From a virus (Duplodnaviria; Caudoviricetes), in the IMG/VR virus record IMGVR_UViG_3300011187_000344, positions 1 through 30,433 of that record: DNA of 30,433 nt; one strand, given 5' to 3'. The notes below the pieces were generated by a model. That model ran no database searches and was not told the DNA's origin. It saw only the letters and a list, made by a program, of their open reading frames with translations. A program made the position numbers and the translations under genes. Shown here one piece after another: positions 1 through 7,444 of this stretch. Position 1 is the first letter of the stretch, and each line of letters begins with the position of its first letter.

Positions 1-473
1 ATTCGTCCACCCACTCTTTGATAACTATCTGTTCTAGGCTTGATGATCCAACGATATTGATCCTTGGCTGGATTATAAGCGACTACCGAATGGGGATCTT
101 TATATAATTTACCAGCAACTTCATTACCACTCTTTCTCTCTATACCCTTCTCAGAAATATCAACAGCAAAATGTTGACTACCATCTGGATATTTTCCTAA
201 TGTTTTCACTTGGCTAATGGGAAATTTACCCTGTTCTTTGACCCATCTTTCGATTCTCTTAGGCCAAGGTAATTTTTTATCTTGGATACTGGCTTTAGCC
301 TTTCTCCCCCAATCAGCGGCTTTCGCTAATGGTTCGTATACTTCGGGTGCTACTACTTTAGCGACTTGTCTCCCCGTTTCAGCTACTCCCCTACCGAGGG
401 CAGCTACTTTAGAATTTTTAAACTTATCCCACAAGCCTTCATTTAAAAGATCTCTCTGTGTAAACTTATTCAT
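1..473 (-). CDS. Hypothetical protein, 3' end outside the window; putative virion internal protein
   Basis: Not in the ORF track. Read manually from ATG at 473 (ATGA overlap with the stop of 470..925): MNKFTQRDLLNEGLWDKFKNSKVAALGRGVAETGRQ..., open to position 1. Has an LLNE leader motif. Confidence 0.8.
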   Translation of the reverse strand, partial: MNKFTQRDLLNEGLWDKFKNSKVAALGRGVAETGRQVAKVVAPEVYEPLAKAADWGRKAKASIQDKKLPWPKRIERWVKEQGKFPISQVKTLGKYPDGSQHFAVDISEKGIERKSGNEVAGKLYKDPHSVVAYNPAKDQYRWIIKPRTDSYQRVGGR

Positions 474-925
474 TGGGTTACGATATTCTCTCCTGCTACG
501 TTTTTCAGCGCAACATCAATCAAAGCATCTAGTTCATTTCTTATAAACACCTTTCCGATTAAAACTTTATGATCGTTATCCGCTCTATTGCCTATACTGA
601 ATGGCACATTTTCAAAATTTTTATCACCTATGACACAATTAAAAAGACACACTGGACGTTCTTCTTGGTTACCAGCACCAAGGTTAATGGTAATAGTTTC
701 TTTTACTGATTTTTCTAATCTTATTCCGTTCATTGTGGTAAATCTTACGAGTGGTTCACTCGTTTTTTTGTCGAATCCTTCTTCAAATTCTTCTCCGTGT
801 AGGACATTGTAAGCACCGTTTCCAGTGTCTAATTTAGCAGACACCTTCCCGACACCATCAACTATGATGTCTTCCTCCAAGCCTAATATATGCTTCTCTA
901 CAAAGAATTCTTTGAAACTTATCAT
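470..925 (-). CDS. Retropepsin-like aspartyl protease (RimK-associated 'ATP-dependent Zn protease' family)
   Basis: AKLDTG catalytic motif, ERPV, FSIGNR and VLIG motifs typical of the family. N-terminus MISFKEFFVE resembles the T4 capsid-targeting sequence. Confidence 0.8.
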   Translation of the reverse strand: MISFKEFFVEKHILGLEEDIIVDGVGKVSAKLDTGNGAYNVLHGEEFEEGFDKKTSEPLVRFTTMNGIRLEKSVKETITINLGAGNQEERPVCLFNCVIGDKNFENVPFSIGNRADNDHKVLIGKVFIRNELDALIDVALKNVAGENIVTQ

Positions 926-939
926 TCATTTTAGGGTTA

Positions 940-1341
940 TTAGTAGTCTGATTGATCGACTCCAGTGTTGGCGAAATCGGCTTTAGCATCCAATCTATGC
1001 CAAACATCTGAAACGTATGTGGAGGCGATTGTAATAGCAGATGCCATCCAATCTTCGAACTCCACGCCTTCTAAATCATTTAATCTTTGTGAATACTCGG
1101 CGAGTTTCTTTAATTCTGCTACAAGAACCTCGTTAGTTTCCATTGCTTCCACTGGTTCCACTGGTTCGATTTCCATCACCACGTCCTGTTCAACATCTAG
1201 ATCATCGCCTAAATCATCGAAGCCCTCATCTTCCATACCATCATCCATTGAAATGACATCATCAACCAATGATTCATCTTCTGGTCGTGGTCTCGCATAT
1301 GATTCCCAAAGTTTGTTGTTTTCGTCAGATTTTAACTTCAT
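940..1341 (-). CDS. Acidic hypothetical protein, putative head/internal protein
   Basis: 133 aa, very D/E-rich, KLWE leader, C-terminal helical segment EDWMASAITIA. Preceded by CTAAATA. Confidence 0.7.
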   Translation of the reverse strand: MKLKSDENNKLWESYARPRPEDESLVDDVISMDDGMEDEGFDDLGDDLDVEQDVVMEIEPVEPVEAMETNEVLVAELKKLAEYSQRLNDLEGVEFEDWMASAITIASTYVSDVWHRLDAKADFANTGVDQSDY

Positions 1342-1346
1342 AGTAT

Positions 1347-1353
1347 TATTTAG
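1347..1353 (-). promoter_or_regulatory. T4-type late promoter box (CTAAATA)
   Basis: Minus strand CTAAATA-ATACT-ATG, no -35 element. gp55 is encoded in the window. Confidence 0.7.
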
Positions 1354-1354
1354 T

Positions 1355-1756
1355 TTATTGAGACATTCGATCTGAAATATCTCTCACATCTTGGTTTTGT
1401 TGAGCGGGTCTGATGATCGGTAAGATATGTGACTGGTAGAAATCTTTAGCGGTCGTTCCCCCACCCTGTAGTCTTTCTATATTATCTGGTGTTTTCAGGA
1501 GATCCAAAACGTTTTCCAAATTTACTCTATCTTCACCACTCGGTGGTTCCATCAATGCAGCCAAGACCACATCTTCAATATATCTCAACTCCGATGGGGA
1601 GCTAAGTGGTATCGTTTCTTCTGGTGCTGGATCCTCGACGGGTTGCTCTGTGACATCACCACCCCCTTCGGGAGGCATCTCCTCCACGGGCATATCTTCA
1701 TCTTGCTCCAGAAGCTTCATTCTGTTCTCAATTAATTCTAATGTTTTCGACTTCAT
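1355..1756 (-). CDS. Acidic, Pro-rich hypothetical protein, putative internal protein
   Basis: 133 aa ORF packed in the minus-strand cluster, with LIE and LLE leader motifs. Confidence 0.7.
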   Translation of the reverse strand: MKSKTLELIENRMKLLEQDEDMPVEEMPPEGGGDVTEQPVEDPAPEETIPLSSPSELRYIEDVVLAALMEPPSGEDRVNLENVLDLLKTPDNIERLQGGGTTAKDFYQSHILPIIRPAQQNQDVRDISDRMSQ

Positions 1757-1758
1757 GG

Positions 1759-2217
1759 TTAGTATGTTTTATTTATCCCACTTTGTTTCACTGATCTGAG
1801 AGATTTTCTGATTCTTTCAGTTCCTTTATCGTAAGCATTGACGGCATCCTTGGCAACTTTTTGGCGTTTTTTTACTGCACCTTTAGCTTTTTGTGCGCTG
1901 GTTCCAAACATTTTACCACCCAACCCCTTCAGACCAGAAGACGCTTTATCAGCGAGTTTTTCGACTTCACCATCGACACTATACACACCAACACCAGCAT
2001 TTACTGATTCATCTTCTTCACTATCAGCCTTTGGCTCTGCAAACCCCTTAACTTCAAGGACAACATCACCGCTCTCGGTTCTGATTGTAACTAAATTACC
2101 TTCAGATCTAACTAGGATTCCTTGATCTCTCAATAGAAACTTCGTTTCGAATGCTGCATTTTTGTTCTCTAAATTTTCGGGATCGTGCTCTTCACATAAT
2201 CTAAGAAATTTACTCAT
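1759..2217 (-). CDS. Hypothetical protein with basic C-terminus, putative internal protein
   Basis: 152 aa, MSKFLRLCEE leader, late box upstream. Confidence 0.7.
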   Translation of the reverse strand: MSKFLRLCEEHDPENLENKNAAFETKFLLRDQGILVRSEGNLVTIRTESGDVVLEVKGFAEPKADSEEDESVNAGVGVYSVDGEVEKLADKASSGLKGLGGKMFGTSAQKAKGAVKKRQKVAKDAVNAYDKGTERIRKSLRSVKQSGINKTY

Positions 2218-2222
2218 ACTTT

Positions 2223-2229
2223 TATTTAG
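2223..2229 (-). promoter_or_regulatory. T4-type late promoter box (CTAAATA)
   Basis: Minus strand CTAAATA-AAAGT-ATG. Confidence 0.7.
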
Positions 2230-2765
2230 TGCTTAAACAAGCACATCTTGTTATAAATGTTCTTAAAATATACCTCATTGAGATTTGTCAACCCCTCTTT
2301 TTCGAGATTTTTCTTTATTTTTTTAAATGATGGGTTCGTTTTCTTTTCAAAGAACAATTCCAATCTACTCGTCAGATTAGCACCCTTCAGATTCAATTCG
2401 TAATAAAAATCCTTTAAATCCATATCATATTCCCACACCAAAATATTGAACGTATTTTTCAATTTGTTGATGAGTTGATTTCGGAATTTATCCTTGTTGG
2501 TGGGGTTTGAGTAGAATGAGAGGGTGTGGCGTTGATCACATGTCTTCAAGAATTCAACGAAATTCTTGATAAACTCGTGGGTGTAGAGTTTTTTATTGTT
2601 CCTTTTTGAGAAATTAAAATCGGGATCTAGCCCTAAATCGTGTAGAAGTTCGCAATATTTGCGATTAGCTTGTCCGAAAAGAATGTCGATATCATACATT
2701 CGATTGTTAAATTCTGGAAAAATGATGCATTTCCATGTATTTTCTATATCGATTTGGATGTTCAC
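2226..2765 (-). CDS. Hypothetical protein
   Basis: 179 aa ORF with a GTGA overlap to the upstream gene. No recognised motif. Confidence 0.65.
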   Translation of the reverse strand: MNIQIDIENTWKCIIFPEFNNRMYDIDILFGQANRKYCELLHDLGLDPDFNFSKRNNKKLYTHEFIKNFVEFLKTCDQRHTLSFYSNPTNKDKFRNQLINKLKNTFNILVWEYDMDLKDFYYELNLKGANLTSRLELFFEKKTNPSFKKIKKNLEKEGLTNLNEVYFKNIYNKMCLFKH

Positions 2766-3208
2766 AAATTCAAAATACTAGGATCTCTCTTAATGTCAAC
2801 GTAATTTTTCGGAACGACTCCTAAACGAATATTGAGAACTCCATTGTAGAACTTATCGTCCATCAAAGCATTACATTTCATCTGCCATTCCAATTCTGCA
2901 TAACTCATATGGAATTTTGAACCACACATTTCTATCACTTCTCTTGAAAAGTGTTCAATTCCGTATTTCTCCATATCCTCCAATAGTTGCTTGGAACTTC
3001 CCCAATAATCATCAACTTTGTTATCAACATAGGAAATTCTGTTACGTTTCTTACCCTTTAGGGGTTTTCTTTTCAATCTTTTGAGAAGTTGCTTTTTTCC
3101 TATGTAGTATTTTTTATCGCTATCAGGGTGGTTATTCCTTATGAGATATACGAACCCCATGGCATCTTCTTTTTCTTCTGGGAGATTTTTCCATTCTGTG
3201 CTTGACAT
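2762..3208 (-). CDS. GIY-YIG endonuclease, T4 endonuclease II (DenA)-like
   Basis: GFVYLIRN...YYIGKK (GIY-YIG), DYWGSS, conserved E and FYNG motifs; stand-alone 148 aa. Confidence 0.75.
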   Translation of the reverse strand: MSSTEWKNLPEEKEDAMGFVYLIRNNHPDSDKKYYIGKKQLLKRLKRKPLKGKKRNRISYVDNKVDDYWGSSKQLLEDMEKYGIEHFSREVIEMCGSKFHMSYAELEWQMKCNALMDDKFYNGVLNIRLGVVPKNYVDIKRDPSILNL

Positions 3209-3585
3209 TTCGTTTTTTGGATTTATATTTAATTATAATTAATCATCTAATCAAAGGGCATAGAAAGAGTATTAATCGCTTGACAATTTCGTTATTATGT
3301 TGTATAAGTTAATTACAATCGTTAAAAAGAATATCAAATTGAATATCGCTTTTTTTCTTTTTTATTTCGTTTATTAACATTATTATTACGTTATTATCTT
3401 ATTAATTATATAATTAATGGTATTAATGAAAATAATGAAAAAAAGATGACAAACGCTATTGACAATGCTTATTATCGTGTTTAAATAGAAGGGTGGTAGG
3501 GAGGGAATAGATAATAATATATATATAAATATAGTTAAATTTAACCCGAAAAAATTTTGTTCAGAAAAAAATGAACTCTCGATTT
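3209..3585. other. Very AT-rich non-coding region with three + strand sigma70-like promoters; candidate replication origin
   Basis: The only long intergenic gap. TTGACA at 3202, 3280 and 3459, each with a -10-like box 16-17 nt downstream; G-tract 3491-3505; TATAAATA 3524-3531. Confidence 0.5.
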
Positions 3586-4074
3586 TTACTGCTCATTGTG
3601 GACTTTTTCCAATTTTGAGTAATATTTTGGGTCTTCTTCCAAATGTTGCTTGGCAATAACTTCCGCTACATCCGAATCAGTGGTGTGTTCCATTTCAACA
3701 TTGATACCCTTCTCCAATTCATCAGAATCGAACTTTGAATCTTTATTGACCGACTTAAAGTATTCAGCAAACCCCTTTTTAACGTTGCTTTCTTCCTCAT
3801 CTTCATCGAAAATGGCGGTAAATCTGTTCTTTTTTGATTTTTTCTTCTTTTTTGGTTCTTTTTTCTCCTTTTTCTTGGATTTCGCTTTACCTTTTCTCGT
3901 TGTGATACCGAGACCATAAGGGTTCCGCGCATCACCAGGAGCATACCAATCGGTGTTCTCGATACCAGCGTGTCCACCAATATCACCACCATAAACCTCA
4001 CCACTAGTCATGTCCTCATTTAAAATATTTGAATAAATGTCATTTATTTCGTTGTTTTCGGTTGACTTTCGCAT
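3586..4074 (-). CDS. DUF5661-like domain protein with Lys-rich linker, putative virion internal protein
   Basis: C-terminal ELEKGINVEMEH...AEVIAKQHLEEDPKYYSKL; ILNE leader; TTAAATA 5 nt upstream. Confidence 0.65.
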   Translation of the reverse strand: MRKSTENNEINDIYSNILNEDMTSGEVYGGDIGGHAGIENTDWYAPGDARNPYGLGITTRKGKAKSKKKEKKEPKKKKKSKKNRFTAIFDEDEEESNVKKGFAEYFKSVNKDSKFDSDELEKGINVEMEHTTDSDVAEVIAKQHLEEDPKYYSKLEKVHNEQ

Positions 4075-4089
4075 ATTTGTATTTAATGT
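4062..4089 (+). promoter_or_regulatory. sigma70-like promoter for the uvsY-uvsW-55-47-46 operon
   Basis: TTGACT-N16-TAATGT-N6-GTG; overlaps the divergent late box. Confidence 0.55.
4080..4086 (-). promoter_or_regulatory. T4-type late promoter box (TTAAATA)
   Basis: Minus strand TTAAATA-CAAAT-ATG. Confidence 0.65.
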
Positions 4090-4095
4090 AGATTA

Positions 4096-4488
4096 GTGGA
4101 AATACTAAAAGAATACCAATCCCTCTACGAAGAGTTCTGTAAGATCGATGACTTCAATATCGAAGAACGAGCGAAGCGTGTCCCAGCCGAGAAGCATTTC
4201 TGGGTCTGTAAACTGATCGATGCCAAGATTGAAAAGGATAAACTTTATAAAATAAAATCCAAGAGTAAGGAAAAGCTCCAGAGAAAGGTGTTGGAGGAGT
4301 CACCAGTCAAATTAAATAAACAAATCATGGATGATTTGGAAAAATCTCCCACGTTGGAGACGCTTAACCAGAAGATTAGAGAGCAGGATTTCCTTGTCGA
4401 GTATCTTGAACGTCTGGTTCAACAGGTATCGTTTATCGCACAGGACATCAAGAATATTGTTGAGATCAAGAAGCTTGAAGAGCATTAA
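4096..4488 (+). CDS. uvsY: Recombination mediator UvsY-like
   Basis: 130 aa all-helical protein (KIDDFNIEE...P..KHFW; C-terminal IKNIVEIKK) immediately upstream of uvsW, as in T4-like genomes. Confidence 0.65.
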   Translation: MEILKEYQSLYEEFCKIDDFNIEERAKRVPAEKHFWVCKLIDAKIEKDKLYKIKSKSKEKLQRKVLEESPVKLNKQIMDDLEKSPTLETLNQKIREQDFLVEYLERLVQQVSFIAQDIKNIVEIKKLEEH

Positions 4489-4489
4489 T

Positions 4490-5923
4490 ATGATCAAGTT
4501 TGATTATAAAACTGGAAAGAGGCAGGGACAGATCATATGTGATTCTGATATTCTCGCCACGATCCGTAATCATTTTTCTGTTGCGAATAAGGAGAAGAAA
4601 TTCGCACCTGAACTTAAAAAACGGTTCCTCAAAGATAGAAAATATGCAATAACACCGACTGGTTTGTTTAGTTTTGGCTTCTATCACGAGATATTGAAGT
4701 ATCTGCGGGATGAGCAAATCACGGACATCGAACTCACCGATGAATTCAAGGCTAGGTGTAAATGTGGTTTCGAAAACTCAGAGTTTGTGGGGGATTTGAC
4801 ATTTGATCCACGGTATTTCCAACAGGAAACCGTTGAAAAAAGTATTAAACGGGGTATGGGAACAATCGTCATCGGCACTGGTGGTGGTAAGAGTTTGACA
4901 CAGGCTTTTCTGATAGAAAATCTCAAAAAGCATCTACCTTGGAACCCGAAGGTGTTGATCTTGGTGCCGGGTCTTACCTTGGTGTATCAACTTCAAGATG
5001 ATTTCAAAAGTTATGGTGTCAGGTTCGATTACTCTGGATGGACGGGTGAGGTAGACACGAAGAAAAACCCAATATCACCTCTCCAAGATACCAGTGTAGT
5101 GATTTGTAACAACGAGAACTTCACAGCCAAGTTTATTGACAATCCATGGATCGTGGATGTTGATTTGCTGATCGTGGACGAATGTCACAAAGTCAACAAC
5201 AATTCCAACATTACTAAATTGATCAGCAAGATTAAGACCCCGAATCGGTTCGGATTCACTGGGAGTCTATCGGATAATAAGTTGGATCAATGGAAAACCA
5301 TCGGCACGTTCGGTCCTATCGTATATGAGAAGAAATCCAAGGAACTACGAGATGAAGGATTTTTGACAGATGTAGTTGTCACCGCACTTCAACTCAATCA
5401 CCCCAATAAGAGCAATACTGATTATAAAACTGAACTGGATTACCTCTACAACTCAGAGAAAAGAAACGCATTCATATCCAAAGTGGCTGATAAGATGACG
5501 GGTAACGTCCTGATCATGGTTAATCACCTCATTCATGGTGAAAACCTGATGGATGCTGCCAAGAAGATCACTGACAAGAAGGTTTTCTTCGTTAAAGGTG
5601 AAGTTGCGGTGGATAATCGAAAAAAGATCATTACTCTGATGGAGGGGCGAGACGATATCGTTTGTATCGCCATGTCATCGATCTTTTCGACGGGTATCAA
5701 CGTGAAAAATATACCAAACATCGTATTTGCGGGTCTTGGTAAGAGCTTTATTAGAGTCGTTCAGTCGATTGGTCGTGGACTCAGACTCCATGATAATAAG
5801 GATAGGTTAAATATATTCGATATTTTTGATAATCTAAAATATTCAACCACACATTCAGAGAAACGCCGACTAATCTACGATAAAGAAGAGATAAAATACA
5901 GATTAAAAGAAATAGATTTATAA
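4490..5923 (+). CDS. uvsW: SF2 DNA helicase UvsW
   Basis: PRYFQ Q-motif, GTGGGKS Walker A, DECH, GFTGS, STGINV, QSIGRGLR. Start moved to ATG 4490, just after the uvsY stop. Confidence 0.92.
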   Translation: MIKFDYKTGKRQGQIICDSDILATIRNHFSVANKEKKFAPELKKRFLKDRKYAITPTGLFSFGFYHEILKYLRDEQITDIELTDEFKARCKCGFENSEFVGDLTFDPRYFQQETVEKSIKRGMGTIVIGTGGGKSLTQAFLIENLKKHLPWNPKVLILVPGLTLVYQLQDDFKSYGVRFDYSGWTGEVDTKKNPISPLQDTSVVICNNENFTAKFIDNPWIVDVDLLIVDECHKVNNNSNITKLISKIKTPNRFGFTGSLSDNKLDQWKTIGTFGPIVYEKKSKELRDEGFLTDVVVTALQLNHPNKSNTDYKTELDYLYNSEKRNAFISKVADKMTGNVLIMVNHLIHGENLMDAAKKITDKKVFFVKGEVAVDNRKKIITLMEGRDDIVCIAMSSIFSTGINVKNIPNIVFAGLGKSFIRVVQSIGRGLRLHDNKDRLNIFDIFDNLKYSTTHSEKRRLIYDKEEIKYRLKEIDL

Positions 5924-5927
5924 AATT

Positions 5928-6386
5928 ATGCTGACAAACAAAGAAGTAAAAGAGAAATATTATGTGAACTCGAAAGAATTTAGGAGACAGTTGAGTGAAT
6001 ATTACGAGAGTGATAATATGAACGATGAATTGGCATCCAATGTTGTAAAGATTGCCGAGGGGTTGTCTTACAACTGGCGGTTTATCAATTATACAAAAAG
6101 CTGGAAAGAAGAAATGGTCGGTGATGCGATACTGAAAATGTATCTAGCACTGGAGAAGAAATCTTTCAAGATCGAATCCGAATATAACCCGTTTTCCTAT
6201 TTTAACATGATCGCTTGGAATGCATTTTCCAACAGAATTAAGAGAGAAAAAAAACAACACGCCGGGTTGACAGACTATAAAGATGTGGTATACATGGAGT
6301 CGATGACGGGTCCTGAATCAAAGGGACACGTCTACGTGAAACCCATCCTCGAAGCAGATGAAGAGGATGGTTCATACGAAGACTAA
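5928..6386 (+). CDS. 55: Late transcription sigma factor gp55
   Basis: YYVN..EF, KIAEGLSY..RFINYT, EEMVGDA, NPFSYFNMIAWNAF..RIKREKKQ; upstream of gp47 as in T4. Confidence 0.9.
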   Translation: MLTNKEVKEKYYVNSKEFRRQLSEYYESDNMNDELASNVVKIAEGLSYNWRFINYTKSWKEEMVGDAILKMYLALEKKSFKIESEYNPFSYFNMIAWNAFSNRIKREKKQHAGLTDYKDVVYMESMTGPESKGHVYVKPILEADEEDGSYED

Positions 6387-6412
6387 TCCAATTATATTTT
6401 ATTTCGAAGCAT

Positions 6413-7444
6413 ATGATAAAGAAACCTAAAGTAGCGATGTTTACTGACCTCCATCTGGGGATTTATGGTAACTCGAAGGAGTGGCATCAAATCGCCTTGG
6501 ATTGGGCTGATTGGATCGTGAAAGATCTCAAGAAGAATAAGATATCAGATATCTTCTTTCTCGGTGATTTCTTCCATAATAGATCTGAAATTTCAGTGGA
6601 TACTATTCATGTTGCGAGTGATCTCATAGCCAAATTCAAGGACTTCAACGTATTCATGGTTATCGGTAACCACGATGCCTATTATAAGAACAGGGCTGAT
6701 GTCCATAGTCTCGGATTCTTGAAGGGACATGATAATATCACCATTATCGATGAGAACCTAGAGTTCGAAGCGTTTGATAGAAAGCTTTTGTTTGTCCCTT
6801 GGGAGGGAGAATTACCGAAGGGTAAGTTTGATTACATTTTTGGTCACTTTGAGATCCAAAGTTTCAAGATGAACAACTTCAAAGTCTGCACTAGTGGACA
6901 CGATGTGATGGAATTCTTGGCTACTAGAACTGGACACGTTTTCAGTGGACACTTTCATCTCAGAAATGAGAAGAAATACAACGAAGGACAAATTTTCTAT
7001 ATTGGAAATACCTTTCCCCAAGATTTCAACGATGCTGGTGATGATAAAGGATATTACATTCTAGATATTGAAGATGAGAGTCTTGAGTTTATCGAGAATC
7101 CAGTATCACCCAAGTTTATAAAGATCAAGATTTCGGAGATTGCTTCGATAAAGGATGAGTTGAAGAAGATTATTTCAGGTAACATCATCAAACTCATCAT
7201 TGACAAAGACATCGATGATATTAAGGTCGAAAAACTCAAAACATCACTAGGTAAGTTCAAACCATTCCAACTCTCGCTTGAATACAATGTGGTATCGAAG
7301 ACTGTCGGTGACGTTGAACATGTGGATGCGATCAATATCAGAGAGATGTTTGATGAGTTCTACGATCAGATGGAGTTAGAAGAAGCCCAAGAAGAAAGAG
7401 TTAAGAAGATAAACGATAATCTATACGAAAAGTGTAAAGGATGA
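6413..7444 (+). CDS. 47: Recombination endonuclease gp47 (Mre11/SbcD-like)
   Basis: Metallophosphoesterase motifs DLHLG, GDFFH, GNHD, GHF, SGHFH. Confidence 0.93.
   Translation: MIKKPKVAMFTDLHLGIYGNSKEWHQIALDWADWIVKDLKKNKISDIFFLGDFFHNRSEISVDTIHVASDLIAKFKDFNVFMVIGNHDAYYKNRADVHSLGFLKGHDNITIIDENLEFEAFDRKLLFVPWEGELPKGKFDYIFGHFEIQSFKMNNFKVCTSGHDVMEFLATRTGHVFSGHFHLRNEKKYNEGQIFYIGNTFPQDFNDAGDDKGYYILDIEDESLEFIENPVSPKFIKIKISEIASIKDELKKIISGNIIKLIIDKDIDDIKVEKLKTSLGKFKPFQLSLEYNVVSKTVGDVEHVDAINIREMFDEFYDQMELEEAQEERVKKINDNLYEKCKG

Noticed and set aside
2762-3208. GIY-YIG gene as a mobile homing endonuclease
   Set aside because: It is short, lacks a C-terminal DNA-binding repeat domain and is not in an intron. 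It fits the stand-alone DenA-like type better.
3326-3484. Stop-free + frame of about 52 codons in the AT-rich gap
   Set aside because: No start codon until the last 12 codons, and low-complexity composition.
4331-4489. 53-aa N-terminal extension of UvsW in the ORF track
   Set aside because: It overlaps uvsY out of frame. ATG 4490 directly follows the uvsY stop and gives a normal-sized UvsW.
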